Source: Sulfurimonas sp. (GTDB taxonomy: Bacteria > Campylobacterota > Campylobacteria > Campylobacterales > Sulfurimonadaceae). From it: a stretch of 64,000 nt of DNA. Each line of letters opens with the position of its first letter. Position 1 is the first letter of the stretch. The stretch is from NCBI GenBank assembly GCA_013791885.1, contig VMSZ01000010.1, positions 5,869 to 69,868 on the forward strand, read 5' to 3'. The notes beneath the pieces were generated by a model. It worked only from the letters and a program-made list of their open reading frames with translations, was not told where the DNA came from and searched no databases. A program made the position numbers and the translations under genes. This document shows positions 37,918 to 47,784 of the stretch, piece by piece.

Positions 37918-37963
37918 AGCATTTAGTTGTTGTATTGTAAATACTGCAATTAAGTGCTTTTTT
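37917..37963 (+). terminator. Rho-independent terminator-like hairpin between the candidate ncRNA and purD
   Basis: AAGCATTTA (37917-25) pairs with TAAGTGCTT (37951-59). An imperfect inner stem extends it. TTTT follows at 37960-63. The purD SD GGAG lies 9 nt further on. Confidence 0.55.
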
Positions 37964-37980
37964 AATTTTATGGAGAAAAA

Positions 37981-39249
37981 ATGAAAATATTAATTTTAGG
38001 CAACGGTGGAAGAGAATTTTCTATTGCCCGTGCAATTTTAAACGAACAAGAGAATCATGAACTATTTTTTCAACCGGGAAATGGAGCAACACATACTTTA
38101 GGTACTAATCTCAATATTAAAGATTACAACGAATTAGCTGCGTTTGCCAAAGAAAACGCGATAGAGCTTACAATCGTAGGTCCAGAAGCTCCTCTTGTAG
38201 ATGGTGTTGTAGATATCTTTAAATCTCATGGGCTTACAATTTTTGGTCCGAGTAAAGAGGCCGCTCAGCTTGAGGGTTCAAAAGTTTATATGAAAAACTT
38301 TTTGGCAAAATATAATATTCCTACAGCACGTTATATAGAAACTGCTTCAATAGAAGATGCATTTAAATTCACAAATACACTGACAGCTCCGATAGTAGTC
38401 AAAGCAGATGGCCTATGTGGAGGCAAAGGTGTGATTATCGCACAAAGTCATGATGAGGCCAAGGTGGCCATATCTGAAATGCTAAGCGGTAAAAGTTTCG
38501 GTGATGCGGGACTTAAAGTAATTGTGGAAGAATTTTTGGACGGTTATGAGCTTTCTATGTTCGCTGTTTGTGATGGAAAAGACTACATCCTGCTTCCAGC
38601 AGCACAAGATCATAAACGCCTTCTTGATAATGATCAAGGGCCAAACACTGGCGGTATGGGTGCGTATGCTCCGACACCACTTGTAGATGAAGTACTGTAT
38701 CAAAAAGTAAGAGACAGGGTAATTCGTCCAACTTTAGACGGTATGCAAAAAGAGGGTGCTCCTTTTGAAGGTGTTCTTTTTATCGGGATTATGGTCGTAA
38801 ATGGCGAGCCGATTACACTCGAATTTAATGTGCGTTTTGGAGACCCTGAATGTGAAATACTCATGCCGCTGATGACTTCGTCCGTAAGCGATATGTTTTA
38901 TAAAGCAGCAACAAATAGACTTGCTGAAATTAAAGTAGAATTTTCATCACAATATGCTGTTGGTGTTGTAATGGCGAGTGGGAATTATCCATACGGGAAT
39001 TCAACTCCTGCTGAAATCATAGTTGATGACGTACACCATGAAGAGATTGAGAAATATACTCATATCTCTTATGCCGGTGTGAGCATGGAAGACGGTGTCT
39101 TATATGCAGACGGCGGACGCGTTTTAGTTTGTGTCGGCTTAGGAGATACAATAAAACAAGCAAGAGACAGAGCATATTTGCGTTGCGGACAAGTACACTT
39201 CGCAGGTAAAAAACTTCGTACAGACATTGCTTACCAGGCTCTTGCATAG
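37981..39249 (+). CDS. purD: Phosphoribosylamine-glycine ligase
   Basis: 422 aa. [17 protein letters not shown]-terminus, ATP-grasp motifs, [11 protein letters not shown]. Confidence 0.95.
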   Translation: MKILILGNGGREFSIARAILNEQENHELFFQPGNGATHTLGTNLNIKDYNELAAFAKENAIELTIVGPEAPLVDGVVDIFKSHGLTIFGPSKEAAQLEGSKVYMKNFLAKYNIPTARYIETASIEDAFKFTNTLTAPIVVKADGLCGGKGVIIAQSHDEAKVAISEMLSGKSFGDAGLKVIVEEFLDGYELSMFAVCDGKDYILLPAAQDHKRLLDNDQGPNTGGMGAYAPTPLVDEVLYQKVRDRVIRPTLDGMQKEGAPFEGVLFIGIMVVNGEPITLEFNVRFGDPECEILMPLMTSSVSDMFYKAATNRLAEIKVEFSSQYAVGVVMASGNYPYGNSTPAEIIVDDVHHEEIEKYTHISYAGVSMEDGVLYADGGRVLVCVGLGDTIKQARDRAYLRCGQVHFAGKKLRTDIAYQALA

Positions 39250-39250
39250 A

Positions 39251-39700
39251 ATGAACGAAGAAATAGAAGATATTCTTTTTAGAGAAGACTTAAAATTAGC
39301 AGATATTAAGAAAAGAGCTATGGCATTTTTTATTGATGAGATGCTGCTTTCATTTTTGCTGATAATTGCTTTATGGGATACCTTCTCCACTGCTACAAAT
39401 GTAGAAGAGATGATTAACGTAACCAATATGTTTTTTTTGGAATACATGTTTATGAAAATAGCTTATCAGGGATTTTTTATTATGCATTACGGTGCATCCC
39501 TTGGAAAAATGGCTATGAAAATACGGGTTATTGAAATAAAAACACTGGATAATCCAAGTGTTGTAAGTTCACTCAACCGTGCGATATTCCGGGTGATTAG
39601 TGAGATGATTTTTTATCTTGGTTTTTTATGGGGAATACTCGACCCGGCACGCCAAACATGGCATGACAAAACTGCCAGAACTTTGGTTGTAAATGTATAA
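39251..39700 (+). CDS. RDD family membrane protein
   Basis: ATG at 39251, 1 nt after the purD stop. TM helices, RAIFRVISE and WHDKTARTLVV motifs typical of the RDD family. Confidence 0.7.
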   Translation: MNEEIEDILFREDLKLADIKKRAMAFFIDEMLLSFLLIIALWDTFSTATNVEEMINVTNMFFLEYMFMKIAYQGFFIMHYGASLGKMAMKIRVIEIKTLDNPSVVSSLNRAIFRVISEMIFYLGFLWGILDPARQTWHDKTARTLVVNV

Positions 39701-41858
39701 ACTTCTCTTTTTATCTTTTCTCTTTGTTTTGATGCTTCACGCAGAAGATAAGGTTGAGATATATGCTTCCTCAATAGATTCAAAAGATAATATAGTAAAC
39801 GCAAGCGGTGATGTTACGGTCATCTATAAGGATTACTTTTTAAACGCCAAAAGTGCAACGTACAATAAAGCAACGGGCGATTTGGAACTTTTTGACAATA
39901 TTCGCGCAACTTATGATGGCGAGTATAGAGTTTTAGGGAGTTATGCAAAATTAAATATAGAAAAAAAAGAGAAAACCTTTAAACCGTTTTTTATGCTTGA
40001 TAACTCTTCTGAAGTTTGGATAAGCGCGAATGAAGGGGTGAACAAAGATAAAGATGTCGACATAGATGCGGGTGTTTTAAGTGGCTGTGAACCTGAAAAC
40101 CCTCTTTGGAAAATGGAGTTCAGTTCCTCTGACTACAACACAGATTCGCAGTGGATGAATCTTTACAATGCAAGACTCTACATTTATGATATTCCTATTT
40201 TATATACCCCTTATTTTGGTTATTCGCTTGACACAAGAAGAAGAACAGGTCTGCTGATACCCTCTATGGGTTTGTCGCAAAGTGAAGGTTTTTTTTATGA
40301 GCAGCCTCTTTATGTTGCCGAGCAGGATTGGTGGGATTTAGAACTAAGACCACAGGTCAGAACGCAACGCGGAAGCGGCGTGTACTCAAAGTTTCGATTC
40401 GTTGACAGTGAAATCTCTGCGGGTGAATTTAGGTTCGGTTATTTTAAAGAAAAAGATGCCTACGTTGAAAAAGAGAACCTGGCCAATAGCAGCCACTATG
40501 GGTATAACTTTAAATATGAAAATAAAGATGTCCTGAATCAGTGGTTTGGAACGCAGTTTCAGGGACAGTCAGGACTCTACACCGACATTAACAAGATGAA
40601 TGACGTTGATTATATTAATCTTTCATCAAATGATACATTTAACACAGCCACATCAACGCAGGTTCTTTCCAGAATCAATCTTTTTTATAATACAAGTAAT
40701 GATTATTTCGGGGCTTATTTTAAATATTATGAAGATTTAACAAAAGCAAGTAACGAAGATACGCTCCAACAGCTTCCGGTGACACATTACCACCATTATT
40801 TGGAGACACTTTTACAAGATCATCTTCTATACAGCGTTGATGCTAGGGCCACAAATATTGAAAGAGAAATAAATAAAACAGCACTACAGACAGATGTTAA
40901 TGTCCCTATTACTCTTTATACCTCTCTTTTTGACGAATATTTGGATGTTTCATATAAAGCAAATCTTTATGGACAACACACAAAATTTAGCTCCAATGAA
41001 GAAGTCTTACTTCCTGGTGTTGATTATAATGACGGTTACTTTGCCAGATACTATCATGTTCTCTCTGCGTCAACAGATTTAACGCGCGCATTTGATGACT
41101 ACACGCATGTAATCTCTTTTTCATCAAAATATACTCTAGGTGGAAATGAGTCAAAAACCGGCTATTATTTAGATCAAAGAGAGTTCTGCTCAGACCCTGA
41201 AAATCTGGATAGTGCCGAGTGTGAGTTTTATAATATTAAAGATATTGATGAGGCCGTTGAGTTTAATATGGCGCAATATTTGTATGATTCTCTAGGCAAA
41301 GAGATTCTTTACCATCGTGTAGCGCAGAAATTTGTTTACGGAACAGAGGAGACAAAAGCAGGTGAGTTTGAGAATGAACTTGATTATCATATAACTGATT
41401 CTCTAAGTATATATAACAACATGTTTTATAATTTTGATCAACACCTTTTTTCAAAAATATTCAATAAGGCTTCCTATGAGGGCTATGGCTTCAACCTCTC
41501 ATTAGGGCATATGTACAGAGATACATTTTTAGCTGACAACGCGAGAACTTTAAGACGTACAAGTTATTTAACATCAATGGCAAGGTATACTTACAATCGA
41601 CATTATTCCTACCATACCAGATATGATTATGATTTGGAATCTTCCCAGAGAAAGAGTTTGGAATTTGGATTTTTATATAAAAAAAGATGCTGGGATTTTG
41701 GCGTGCGTTATGCTGAAAACAACAGACCGGTCTTAACAAATGATGGACAATCCTCCATCTATGACAGATATGTATATTTTACAATTGTGCTCAAGCCGTT
41801 TATGACTTCTACAAAAGATTTCGGAGAGTCAAATATAGCTATGAGGCTCAATGAATAA
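39693..41858 (+). CDS. lptD: LPS assembly outer membrane protein LptD (OstA)
   Basis: 721 aa. Signal peptide, OstA-like N-terminal domain, large beta-barrel-type sequence. ATGTATAA overlap with the RDD gene. Confidence 0.85.
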   Translation: MYKLLFLSFLFVLMLHAEDKVEIYASSIDSKDNIVNASGDVTVIYKDYFLNAKSATYNKATGDLELFDNIRATYDGEYRVLGSYAKLNIEKKEKTFKPFFMLDNSSEVWISANEGVNKDKDVDIDAGVLSGCEPENPLWKMEFSSSDYNTDSQWMNLYNARLYIYDIPILYTPYFGYSLDTRRRTGLLIPSMGLSQSEGFFYEQPLYVAEQDWWDLELRPQVRTQRGSGVYSKFRFVDSEISAGEFRFGYFKEKDAYVEKENLANSSHYGYNFKYENKDVLNQWFGTQFQGQSGLYTDINKMNDVDYINLSSNDTFNTATSTQVLSRINLFYNTSNDYFGAYFKYYEDLTKASNEDTLQQLPVTHYHHYLETLLQDHLLYSVDARATNIEREINKTALQTDVNVPITLYTSLFDEYLDVSYKANLYGQHTKFSSNEEVLLPGVDYNDGYFARYYHVLSASTDLTRAFDDYTHVISFSSKYTLGGNESKTGYYLDQREFCSDPENLDSAECEFYNIKDIDEAVEFNMAQYLYDSLGKEILYHRVAQKFVYGTEETKAGEFENELDYHITDSLSIYNNMFYNFDQHLFSKIFNKASYEGYGFNLSLGHMYRDTFLADNARTLRRTSYLTSMARYTYNRHYSYHTRYDYDLESSQRKSLEFGFLYKKRCWDFGVRYAENNRPVLTNDGQSSIYDRYVYFTIVLKPFMTSTKDFGESNIAMRLNE

Positions 41859-41877
41859 GCAAAAGTGATGGAGTCAA

Positions 41878-42534
41878 ATGAAAGAATATAAAAATATTTT
41901 GCATGATCGTCAAGATGCTGCTAAAAAACTTATAGATCTTATTCCGATGCAAAAGTTTAAAGAAGAAGCGTGGAAGATAATTGCTGTTTCTTCCGGGGGT
42001 TTGCTCCTTGGTTCATATCTCCGAGGAAGATATTCAAATAAATTAGATTTTCTTTTTTCGGAAGCTATTATGGCTCCGAATAATCATGAGTGTGAAATAG
42101 CGCGCGTAAGTGAAAATGAAGAGATAGTTATTAATGAAGAGTTGGTTGCATCTTTTGATATAAAATATGATTATATTTATGGAGAAGCAAGACGCAAGCA
42201 TGAAGAAGAGATACTCAGCTGCGTTTATCAGTACAGAAAAGGACGTCATTTTTCATCCATTGAAGGAGAAGTTATTTTACTTGTTGATGAAGGAAGTGAG
42301 ACAGGCTCAAAGCTCATGTCTGCTTTAAAAACGATACTTTCTCAAAAACCAAAGGCAGTGCATATAGCCGTACCGGTTATTCCAAGTGATGTTTTAGAGT
42401 CCTTGGAAGCATTCGCAGATAATGTCTATTTTCTTTATGACATAGACGATTATGTAGAAACGCGACTTTATTATAAAGAGTTTGAAAAAGTAGACGAAGA
42501 AACAATAGAAAAATTATTAGAGGAACATAAATGA
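41878..42534 (+). CDS. Phosphoribosyltransferase-family protein
   Basis: 218 aa. PRT motif VILLVDEGSETGSKL. Confidence 0.7.
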   Translation: MKEYKNILHDRQDAAKKLIDLIPMQKFKEEAWKIIAVSSGGLLLGSYLRGRYSNKLDFLFSEAIMAPNNHECEIARVSENEEIVINEELVASFDIKYDYIYGEARRKHEEEILSCVYQYRKGRHFSSIEGEVILLVDEGSETGSKLMSALKTILSQKPKAVHIAVPVIPSDVLESLEAFADNVYFLYDIDDYVETRLYYKEFEKVDEETIEKLLEEHK

Positions 42535-44711
42535 AATACGATGTAAAAGTAGAGTTAGAAAATAGAGTAGAAGAGTACTCATTTGGATATGTGGCAAAAC
42601 AGACAAACGGCTCAGCATGGTTGAAATCCGGAAATACAGTTATTTTGGCTACAGTAGTTATTGATGAAACAGAAATAGTAAAAGATGACTTTTTGCCTTT
42701 AACTGTGCAATACATAGAGAAAAGTTATGCGGCAGGAAAAATACCGGGCGGTTTCTTTAAGCGTGAAACAAAACCAAGTGACTTTGAAACATTGACTTCA
42801 CGTATTGTAGACCGTTCATTGCGTCCTCTTTTTCCAAAAGGTTTTGGCTATCCAACACAGATTACTATTATGGTTTTTAGTGCCGACAAAGAGTCAGATT
42901 TACAAATTTTAGCACTAAACGCAGCTTCAGCAGCACTTTACACTTCCGACATAGATATTAATCGTTCTGTCTCTGCTGTAAGAGCTGCAAAGATTGATGG
43001 GGAGTTGGTTTTAAATCCTGCACTTTCACAATTAAATGACTCTACGCTAGATTTATATCTTTCAGGGACAAACAGTGAACTCTTAATGATTGAGATGAGA
43101 AGTATCGGTGGAGCGGAAGTAGATGTAGTTGATGCCTATATTGATCCAATGTTTGATCCTACAATCGGTGGAAATATAATTTCTAAACATGTATCAAACG
43201 CAATCAATGAAGATGAACTTATAGAAGTGTTTGCAAAAACTGAAAAACTTCTTTTTGCAAGTAATGCACAGTATGAACAAGCCTTTGCTATGTTTAAGAA
43301 AGAGACAGTTGCTATAGAGTATAAAGCGCATGTTATTAATGATGAAATGGTTACTTACATAAAAGAGAACCATATGGAGCAGATTCATGCTGCTATGAAT
43401 CATATGGCGAAATCTGAGCGTTCAACGGCTCTAAGACAACTCAGAAAAAGTATCGTAGCGACTAAAACTGAGTGGGCAACTGTAGAAGAAGAAGTTGCTC
43501 TTAAAGATGCAATTGAAAAAGTTAAAAAAGAGCAGGTAAGAGGACAAATTCTTAATGAAAGAGTTCGTGCAGACGGAAGAGCGTTAAATGAGATTAGACC
43601 AATAACGATTGACACAAATGTTCTTCCAAGCGCACATGCATCATGTCTCTTTACCCGCGGTCAAACGCAAGCTCTTGTAGTCCTGACAATGGGCGGGCCA
43701 AAAGATGCTCAAATGTTTGAAGGTCTAACGGATGATTCTACACAAAATGAGAACTTTATGGTTCACTACAACTTTCCTGGTTTTTCTGTAGGGGAAGCTT
43801 CTCCGGTCACTGGGACAAAAAGACGCGAACTTGGACATGGAAATCTTGCGAAACGTGCTTTAGAACCTATTGTAAACTTAGATGGTCAGACAGTGCGCTT
43901 GGTGTCTGAGATTTTAGAATCAAATGGCTCATCATCTATGGCAACAGTATGCGGCGGTTATATGGCTCTTCGTGCAGCAGATATTGAAACAAGCGACACT
44001 GTAGCCGGTATTGCTATGGGAATGGTAAGTGAAAATGGCAAGTACGCAATTCTTTCAGATATCATGGGTCTTGAAGACCATGATGGAGATATGGACTTTA
44101 AAGTAACAGGTTCAAAAGAGGGCATTACTGCAATGCAGATGGATATTAAGCTTGGCGGAATCTCTCTGGATGTTTTAAAAGAGGCACTTTACCAAGCGAA
44201 AGAGGGAAGAGCGCATATTATTGACATCATGCTTGAAGCGGAAAAAGATATTGAATTTAATGACGGCGTTTTACCAAGTGTAGACTTTTTTCATATTGAT
44301 CCGGGCTTTATTGGTGAGATTATTGGCCAGGCAGGTAAAACTATTCGTGAAATCATAGAGAAATTTGAAGTAGCGATAGATATTGACAAAAAAGACGGAA
44401 AAGTTAAAATTACGGGTAAAAATAAAGCAGGTGTAGCCGGTGCTAGAGACCACATTGAAACAATTGTGAGTGTTCCAAAACAGGCCAAAATTAAGTATGA
44501 AGTCGGTGATAAATATGAAGGTACCGTCAAAAAGATTGTTGACTTTGGTGCGTTTATAGAACTCCCAGATGGAACTGACGGACTCATTCATATTTCTAAG
44601 ATTTCAGATGACAGAGTTGAGAAGGTTTCAGACGTACTAAAAGAGGGTGAAAAAATAGCAGTTGAAATTTTAGAATTCAAAGGCAATAAGATTTCTTTAG
44701 GCCGTGCCTAG
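42531..44711 (+). CDS. pnp: Polyribonucleotide nucleotidyltransferase (PNPase)
   Basis: 726 aa. Two RNase PH domains, KH (IGQAGKTIREI), S1 (GTVKKIVDFGAFIEL). Confidence 0.95.
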   Translation: MKYDVKVELENRVEEYSFGYVAKQTNGSAWLKSGNTVILATVVIDETEIVKDDFLPLTVQYIEKSYAAGKIPGGFFKRETKPSDFETLTSRIVDRSLRPLFPKGFGYPTQITIMVFSADKESDLQILALNAASAALYTSDIDINRSVSAVRAAKIDGELVLNPALSQLNDSTLDLYLSGTNSELLMIEMRSIGGAEVDVVDAYIDPMFDPTIGGNIISKHVSNAINEDELIEVFAKTEKLLFASNAQYEQAFAMFKKETVAIEYKAHVINDEMVTYIKENHMEQIHAAMNHMAKSERSTALRQLRKSIVATKTEWATVEEEVALKDAIEKVKKEQVRGQILNERVRADGRALNEIRPITIDTNVLPSAHASCLFTRGQTQALVVLTMGGPKDAQMFEGLTDDSTQNENFMVHYNFPGFSVGEASPVTGTKRRELGHGNLAKRALEPIVNLDGQTVRLVSEILESNGSSSMATVCGGYMALRAADIETSDTVAGIAMGMVSENGKYAILSDIMGLEDHDGDMDFKVTGSKEGITAMQMDIKLGGISLDVLKEALYQAKEGRAHIIDIMLEAEKDIEFNDGVLPSVDFFHIDPGFIGEIIGQAGKTIREIIEKFEVAIDIDKKDGKVKITGKNKAGVAGARDHIETIVSVPKQAKIKYEVGDKYEGTVKKIVDFGAFIELPDGTDGLIHISKISDDRVEKVSDVLKEGEKIAVEILEFKGNKISLGRA

Positions 44712-44854
44712 TTTAAACTAAAATTTAGTAGTTATTGAATATACTTCGCCATCAATTTCTAGTAGGGAAATCTGAGCATTTATGTTTGGGTTGCTTCATT
44801 GCAAGATGGGGTTACGCTATCCGAAAGTTTTTGTAATAATTTCAGGAGATATAC

Positions 44855-45169
44855 ATGAAAAAAATTCTTTTCTTAATGCTTGCATTAACAGTTGCTGCAT
44901 TCGCTAATGATGGTGATGTTGCAAACCAAACTCTTAAAGCATACTCAATGATCGCTGCTGGTCTTGGTCTTGGTTTAGCTGCTTTAGGTGGAGCAATCGG
45001 TATGGGTCATACTGCTGCTGCAACTATCGCTGGTACTGCTCGTAACCCAGGTTTAGGTGCTAAACTTATGACTACAATGTTCATCGCTCTTGCAATGATT
45101 GAAGCTCAAGTTATCTATGCACTAGTAATTGCGTTAATCGCACTTTACGCAAACCCTTACTTAGGTTAA
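44855..45169 (+). CDS. atpE: F0F1 ATP synthase subunit c
   Basis: 104 aa. Two TM hairpin helices, ARNPG loop, carboxylate in AMIEAQVIYA. Confidence 0.9.
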   Translation: MKKILFLMLALTVAAFANDGDVANQTLKAYSMIAAGLGLGLAALGGAIGMGHTAAATIAGTARNPGLGAKLMTTMFIALAMIEAQVIYALVIALIALYANPYLG

Positions 45170-45186
45170 TCACCAAAGTAAATCCC

Positions 45187-45206
45187 GTCAACCTCTTTAG
45201 GTTGAC
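45187..45206 (+). terminator. Stem-loop after atpE
   Basis: GTCAACC-TCTTTA-GGTTGAC 7-bp stem. No tight U-tract follows. Confidence 0.35.
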
Positions 45207-45231
45207 ACCCTTTACACCTTTTCTAATACAT

Positions 45232-45316
45232 GCGACCGTGGTGGAACGGTAGACACGCTACCTTGAGGTGGTAGTGCCTTACGGGTGTGGGAGTTCAAAT
45301 CTCCCCGGTCGCACCA
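45232..45316 (+). tRNA. tRNA-Leu (anticodon GAG)
   Basis: Manual cloverleaf. Acceptor GCGACCG/CGGTCGC, anticodon stem CTACC/GGTAG with loop TTGAGGT, long variable arm, T-arm GGGAG-TTCAAAT-CTCCC, encoded CCA. Confidence 0.9.
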
Positions 45317-45484
45317 TCTTCTTCAACTTTATAATCACATTTGTCACTCATGATACAAAAAATCACATTTTTATCTCTTAATCATACTATATTTGAAAAA
45401 TAGTACTATAATAAATCTTTCTTATTTTAAAATGAAATTCTATTATAAATTGTATTTGTTTATTTTAAATCAGCAGGGGTTTTT

Positions 45485-47320
45485 GTGAGTAGTTTTAGTG
45501 TTAAAAATCAAACACTTTTATTTATCTCTTTCATATTCATAGTTTTTTCCGGAATACTTTTAAGTATTGTTTATGTGCAAAAAGAGAATCGATTAGTTCA
45601 ACTTGAAGATGAGCATTATGATGATATAAAATTTATGCATGATAAATTACTGCATAAGGAAATAGATTTTTACACAAATAGAATCAAGGCAAATATAAAT
45701 TCTGCAGGGGTAAAAGAAGCACTTCTCCATAAAGACAGAGAAAAACTTTATAAACTTTCTTTAGGAAGATTCAATACACTTAAAAATGAAAATTTAAATT
45801 TTACAAGTATGAATTTTTACACAAAAGAGGGATACTCACTTCTAAAAATGAATGACAAAGATTTTTATGGAGAAAACGCAGTAAAAAATTTCAGGATGCT
45901 GCAAGAACTGCAAACTACAAAAAAAGCACTGAGTGGATTTGAATTTTATAATGAAAGTTTGGCATTTAGAATTATGCTGCCTGTTTTTTACAATGAAGAA
46001 TACATTGGTGCATTAGAGTTTACTATTGAGCCTCAGTATATTTTAAATGAGATGGATGAGTACTACAACGTAGAAGGTGTTTTATTGGTTAAACGCAAGC
46101 TAGGTGTACAGGAAAATAAAGATGAAAACAAATTTAATAAGTATAAACTCGCCTATAATATCCTTGACAGTGCAAGACTCTTAAGTGAAATTAGCAGTGA
46201 ACATGACATTGAAACGATAAAAAAAATACGAGTTAATATAGATGAGGTTTATAGTATCTATGCCTTTGACATCATAGACATAGATTCCAAACTATTAGCA
46301 AAAATAGTTTTTGTACAAAATATTACAAAAGAGATAGAAAATTTTCAAAATGAAATGAAACATATTAGTCTTTTGTTACTGTTGGCTTTGATTGTAACAC
46401 TTATATTCGTCAATTTTGGATTTAATAGAAGTATTAAAAATCTAGAAAATAATTATGTTGATATCAGCCAATATAAAAATCTTATTGATGAAAATCTGAT
46501 GACACTCTCTACTAATTTACACGGGCTTATTACAGAAGTGAGTGATGCCTTTTGTTTTATTAGTAAGTTTAATAAAAATGAACTTGTCGGAATAAATATT
46601 AGATTGTTATTACATCAGGATGTTTTGCGAAACGAATACAGTCAGATTCTAAAAGAATTAAAAAAAACAGGCTCATGGCATGGAGAAATACAACAACTAA
46701 AACAAGATGGACATACTTTTTGGGTTTATGCAAATATCCAGCTTAAATTTAAAAATAATACCATCATTGGATACGACACTGTTATGCATGATATCACAGA
46801 AAAAAAGATGAATGAAGAGTTGATGATAACAGATGGACTAACACACATTTACAATAGAAGGTACTTTAATGAGATTCTTCCAAGAGCAATAAACAGCGTA
46901 AAGAGGGATGGAGGATATTTGAGTCTTGTTGTGTTGGATATAGATCACTTTAAAGAGTATAACGACATGTATGGTCATATTCAGGGAGACTATGCTTTGG
47001 TTGAAGTTGCAAAAGCGTTACGCTCCTCTTTGCACCGTCCAGATGATTACTGTTTTAGATTAGGCGGAGAGGAATTTGCTATTATATTTAAAAGTGCAGA
47101 TAAAAATGATGCAGAATATTTTGTTAAAACAATCAGAGAAAATATTTTACAATTAGACTTAAAGCATGAAAAAAATTCCACATTTAAAATCGTTACAGCC
47201 TCTTTTGGAGTTGTCACATTAAATAGTAAAACACTGGGTAATTGGGAAGATATGTACAAGCAAGCAGATGATAAAATGTATATGGCTAAAAATAACGGCA
47301 GAAATACTATAGAGTTTTAA
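45485..47320 (+). CDS. Diguanylate cyclase with extracytoplasmic sensor, PAS and GGDEF domains
   Basis: 611 aa. GTG start with AGGGG SD. Two TM helices around a sensor domain, then PAS, then GGEEF active site with an RPDD I-site 5 residues upstream. Confidence 0.85.
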   Translation: MSSFSVKNQTLLFISFIFIVFSGILLSIVYVQKENRLVQLEDEHYDDIKFMHDKLLHKEIDFYTNRIKANINSAGVKEALLHKDREKLYKLSLGRFNTLKNENLNFTSMNFYTKEGYSLLKMNDKDFYGENAVKNFRMLQELQTTKKALSGFEFYNESLAFRIMLPVFYNEEYIGALEFTIEPQYILNEMDEYYNVEGVLLVKRKLGVQENKDENKFNKYKLAYNILDSARLLSEISSEHDIETIKKIRVNIDEVYSIYAFDIIDIDSKLLAKIVFVQNITKEIENFQNEMKHISLLLLLALIVTLIFVNFGFNRSIKNLENNYVDISQYKNLIDENLMTLSTNLHGLITEVSDAFCFISKFNKNELVGINIRLLLHQDVLRNEYSQILKELKKTGSWHGEIQQLKQDGHTFWVYANIQLKFKNNTIIGYDTVMHDITEKKMNEELMITDGLTHIYNRRYFNEILPRAINSVKRDGGYLSLVVLDIDHFKEYNDMYGHIQGDYALVEVAKALRSSLHRPDDYCFRLGGEEFAIIFKSADKNDAEYFVKTIRENILQLDLKHEKNSTFKIVTASFGVVTLNSKTLGNWEDMYKQADDKMYMAKNNGRNTIEF

Positions 47321-47325
47321 AGCGA

Positions 47326-47784
47326 ATGAAGTCGGTTCTTTTTGTATGTCTTGGAAATATTTGCCGTTCACCGCTTGCGGAAGGTTACGCAAGAAAAGTA
47401 GTTTTAGAAAATAAGCTCGATATAGTCATAGACTCGGCTGGAACGGGTAATTGGCACGTAGGAGAAGCACCATGTGAGAATTCTATTCGTGTTGGTTTGG
47501 CTCATGGCATAGATATTGCATATTTAAAAGCAAGACAGGTAAAAAAAGAAGATTTCAATCATTTTGATTTAATTGTTGCACTAGATGAAAATAACTACAG
47601 GGATTTAAAAAAAAGCGGAGCTAAAAATCTTGTAAAACTTGGAGATTACGGGTATAAGGGTAAAGACGTCCCTGACCCCTATTTTTTTGATGGGTTTGAA
47701 GGTTTTGAAGAAGTATATAAAATGATAGAGATTTGCGTCAACAAGCTTTTTAGTGTAAACTCTCAAATAAAGGATAAAGTATGA
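47326..47784 (+). CDS. Low-molecular-weight protein-tyrosine/arsenate-type phosphatase
   Basis: 152 aa. P-loop CLGNICRSP and the DP motif DVPDPYF. Confidence 0.85.
   Translation: MKSVLFVCLGNICRSPLAEGYARKVVLENKLDIVIDSAGTGNWHVGEAPCENSIRVGLAHGIDIAYLKARQVKKEDFNHFDLIVALDENNYRDLKKSGAKNLVKLGDYGYKGKDVPDPYFFDGFEGFEEVYKMIEICVNKLFSVNSQIKDKV

Noticed and set aside
37714-37963. Purine, ZTP (pfl) or PRPP riboswitch controlling purD
   Set aside because: I could not find the purine-riboswitch core (UUUCUACC...ACCGUAAA) or the ZTP 3' motif CCGCCUGGGCA. Only GCCGCCGUU is present. The 14-bp helix spanning about 190 nt and the rod-with-bubble fold fit 6S RNA better. A cis-regulatory leader remains the alternative and is stated in the finding.
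44855-45316. Orphan atpE away from the rest of the atp operon, followed by tRNA-Leu, as a possible island boundary
   Set aside because: As I recall, an isolated atpE next to pnp is the normal arrangement in Helicobacter and Campylobacter. The flanking genes are housekeeping, and nothing accessory follows the tRNA except a diguanylate cyclase with host-like features.
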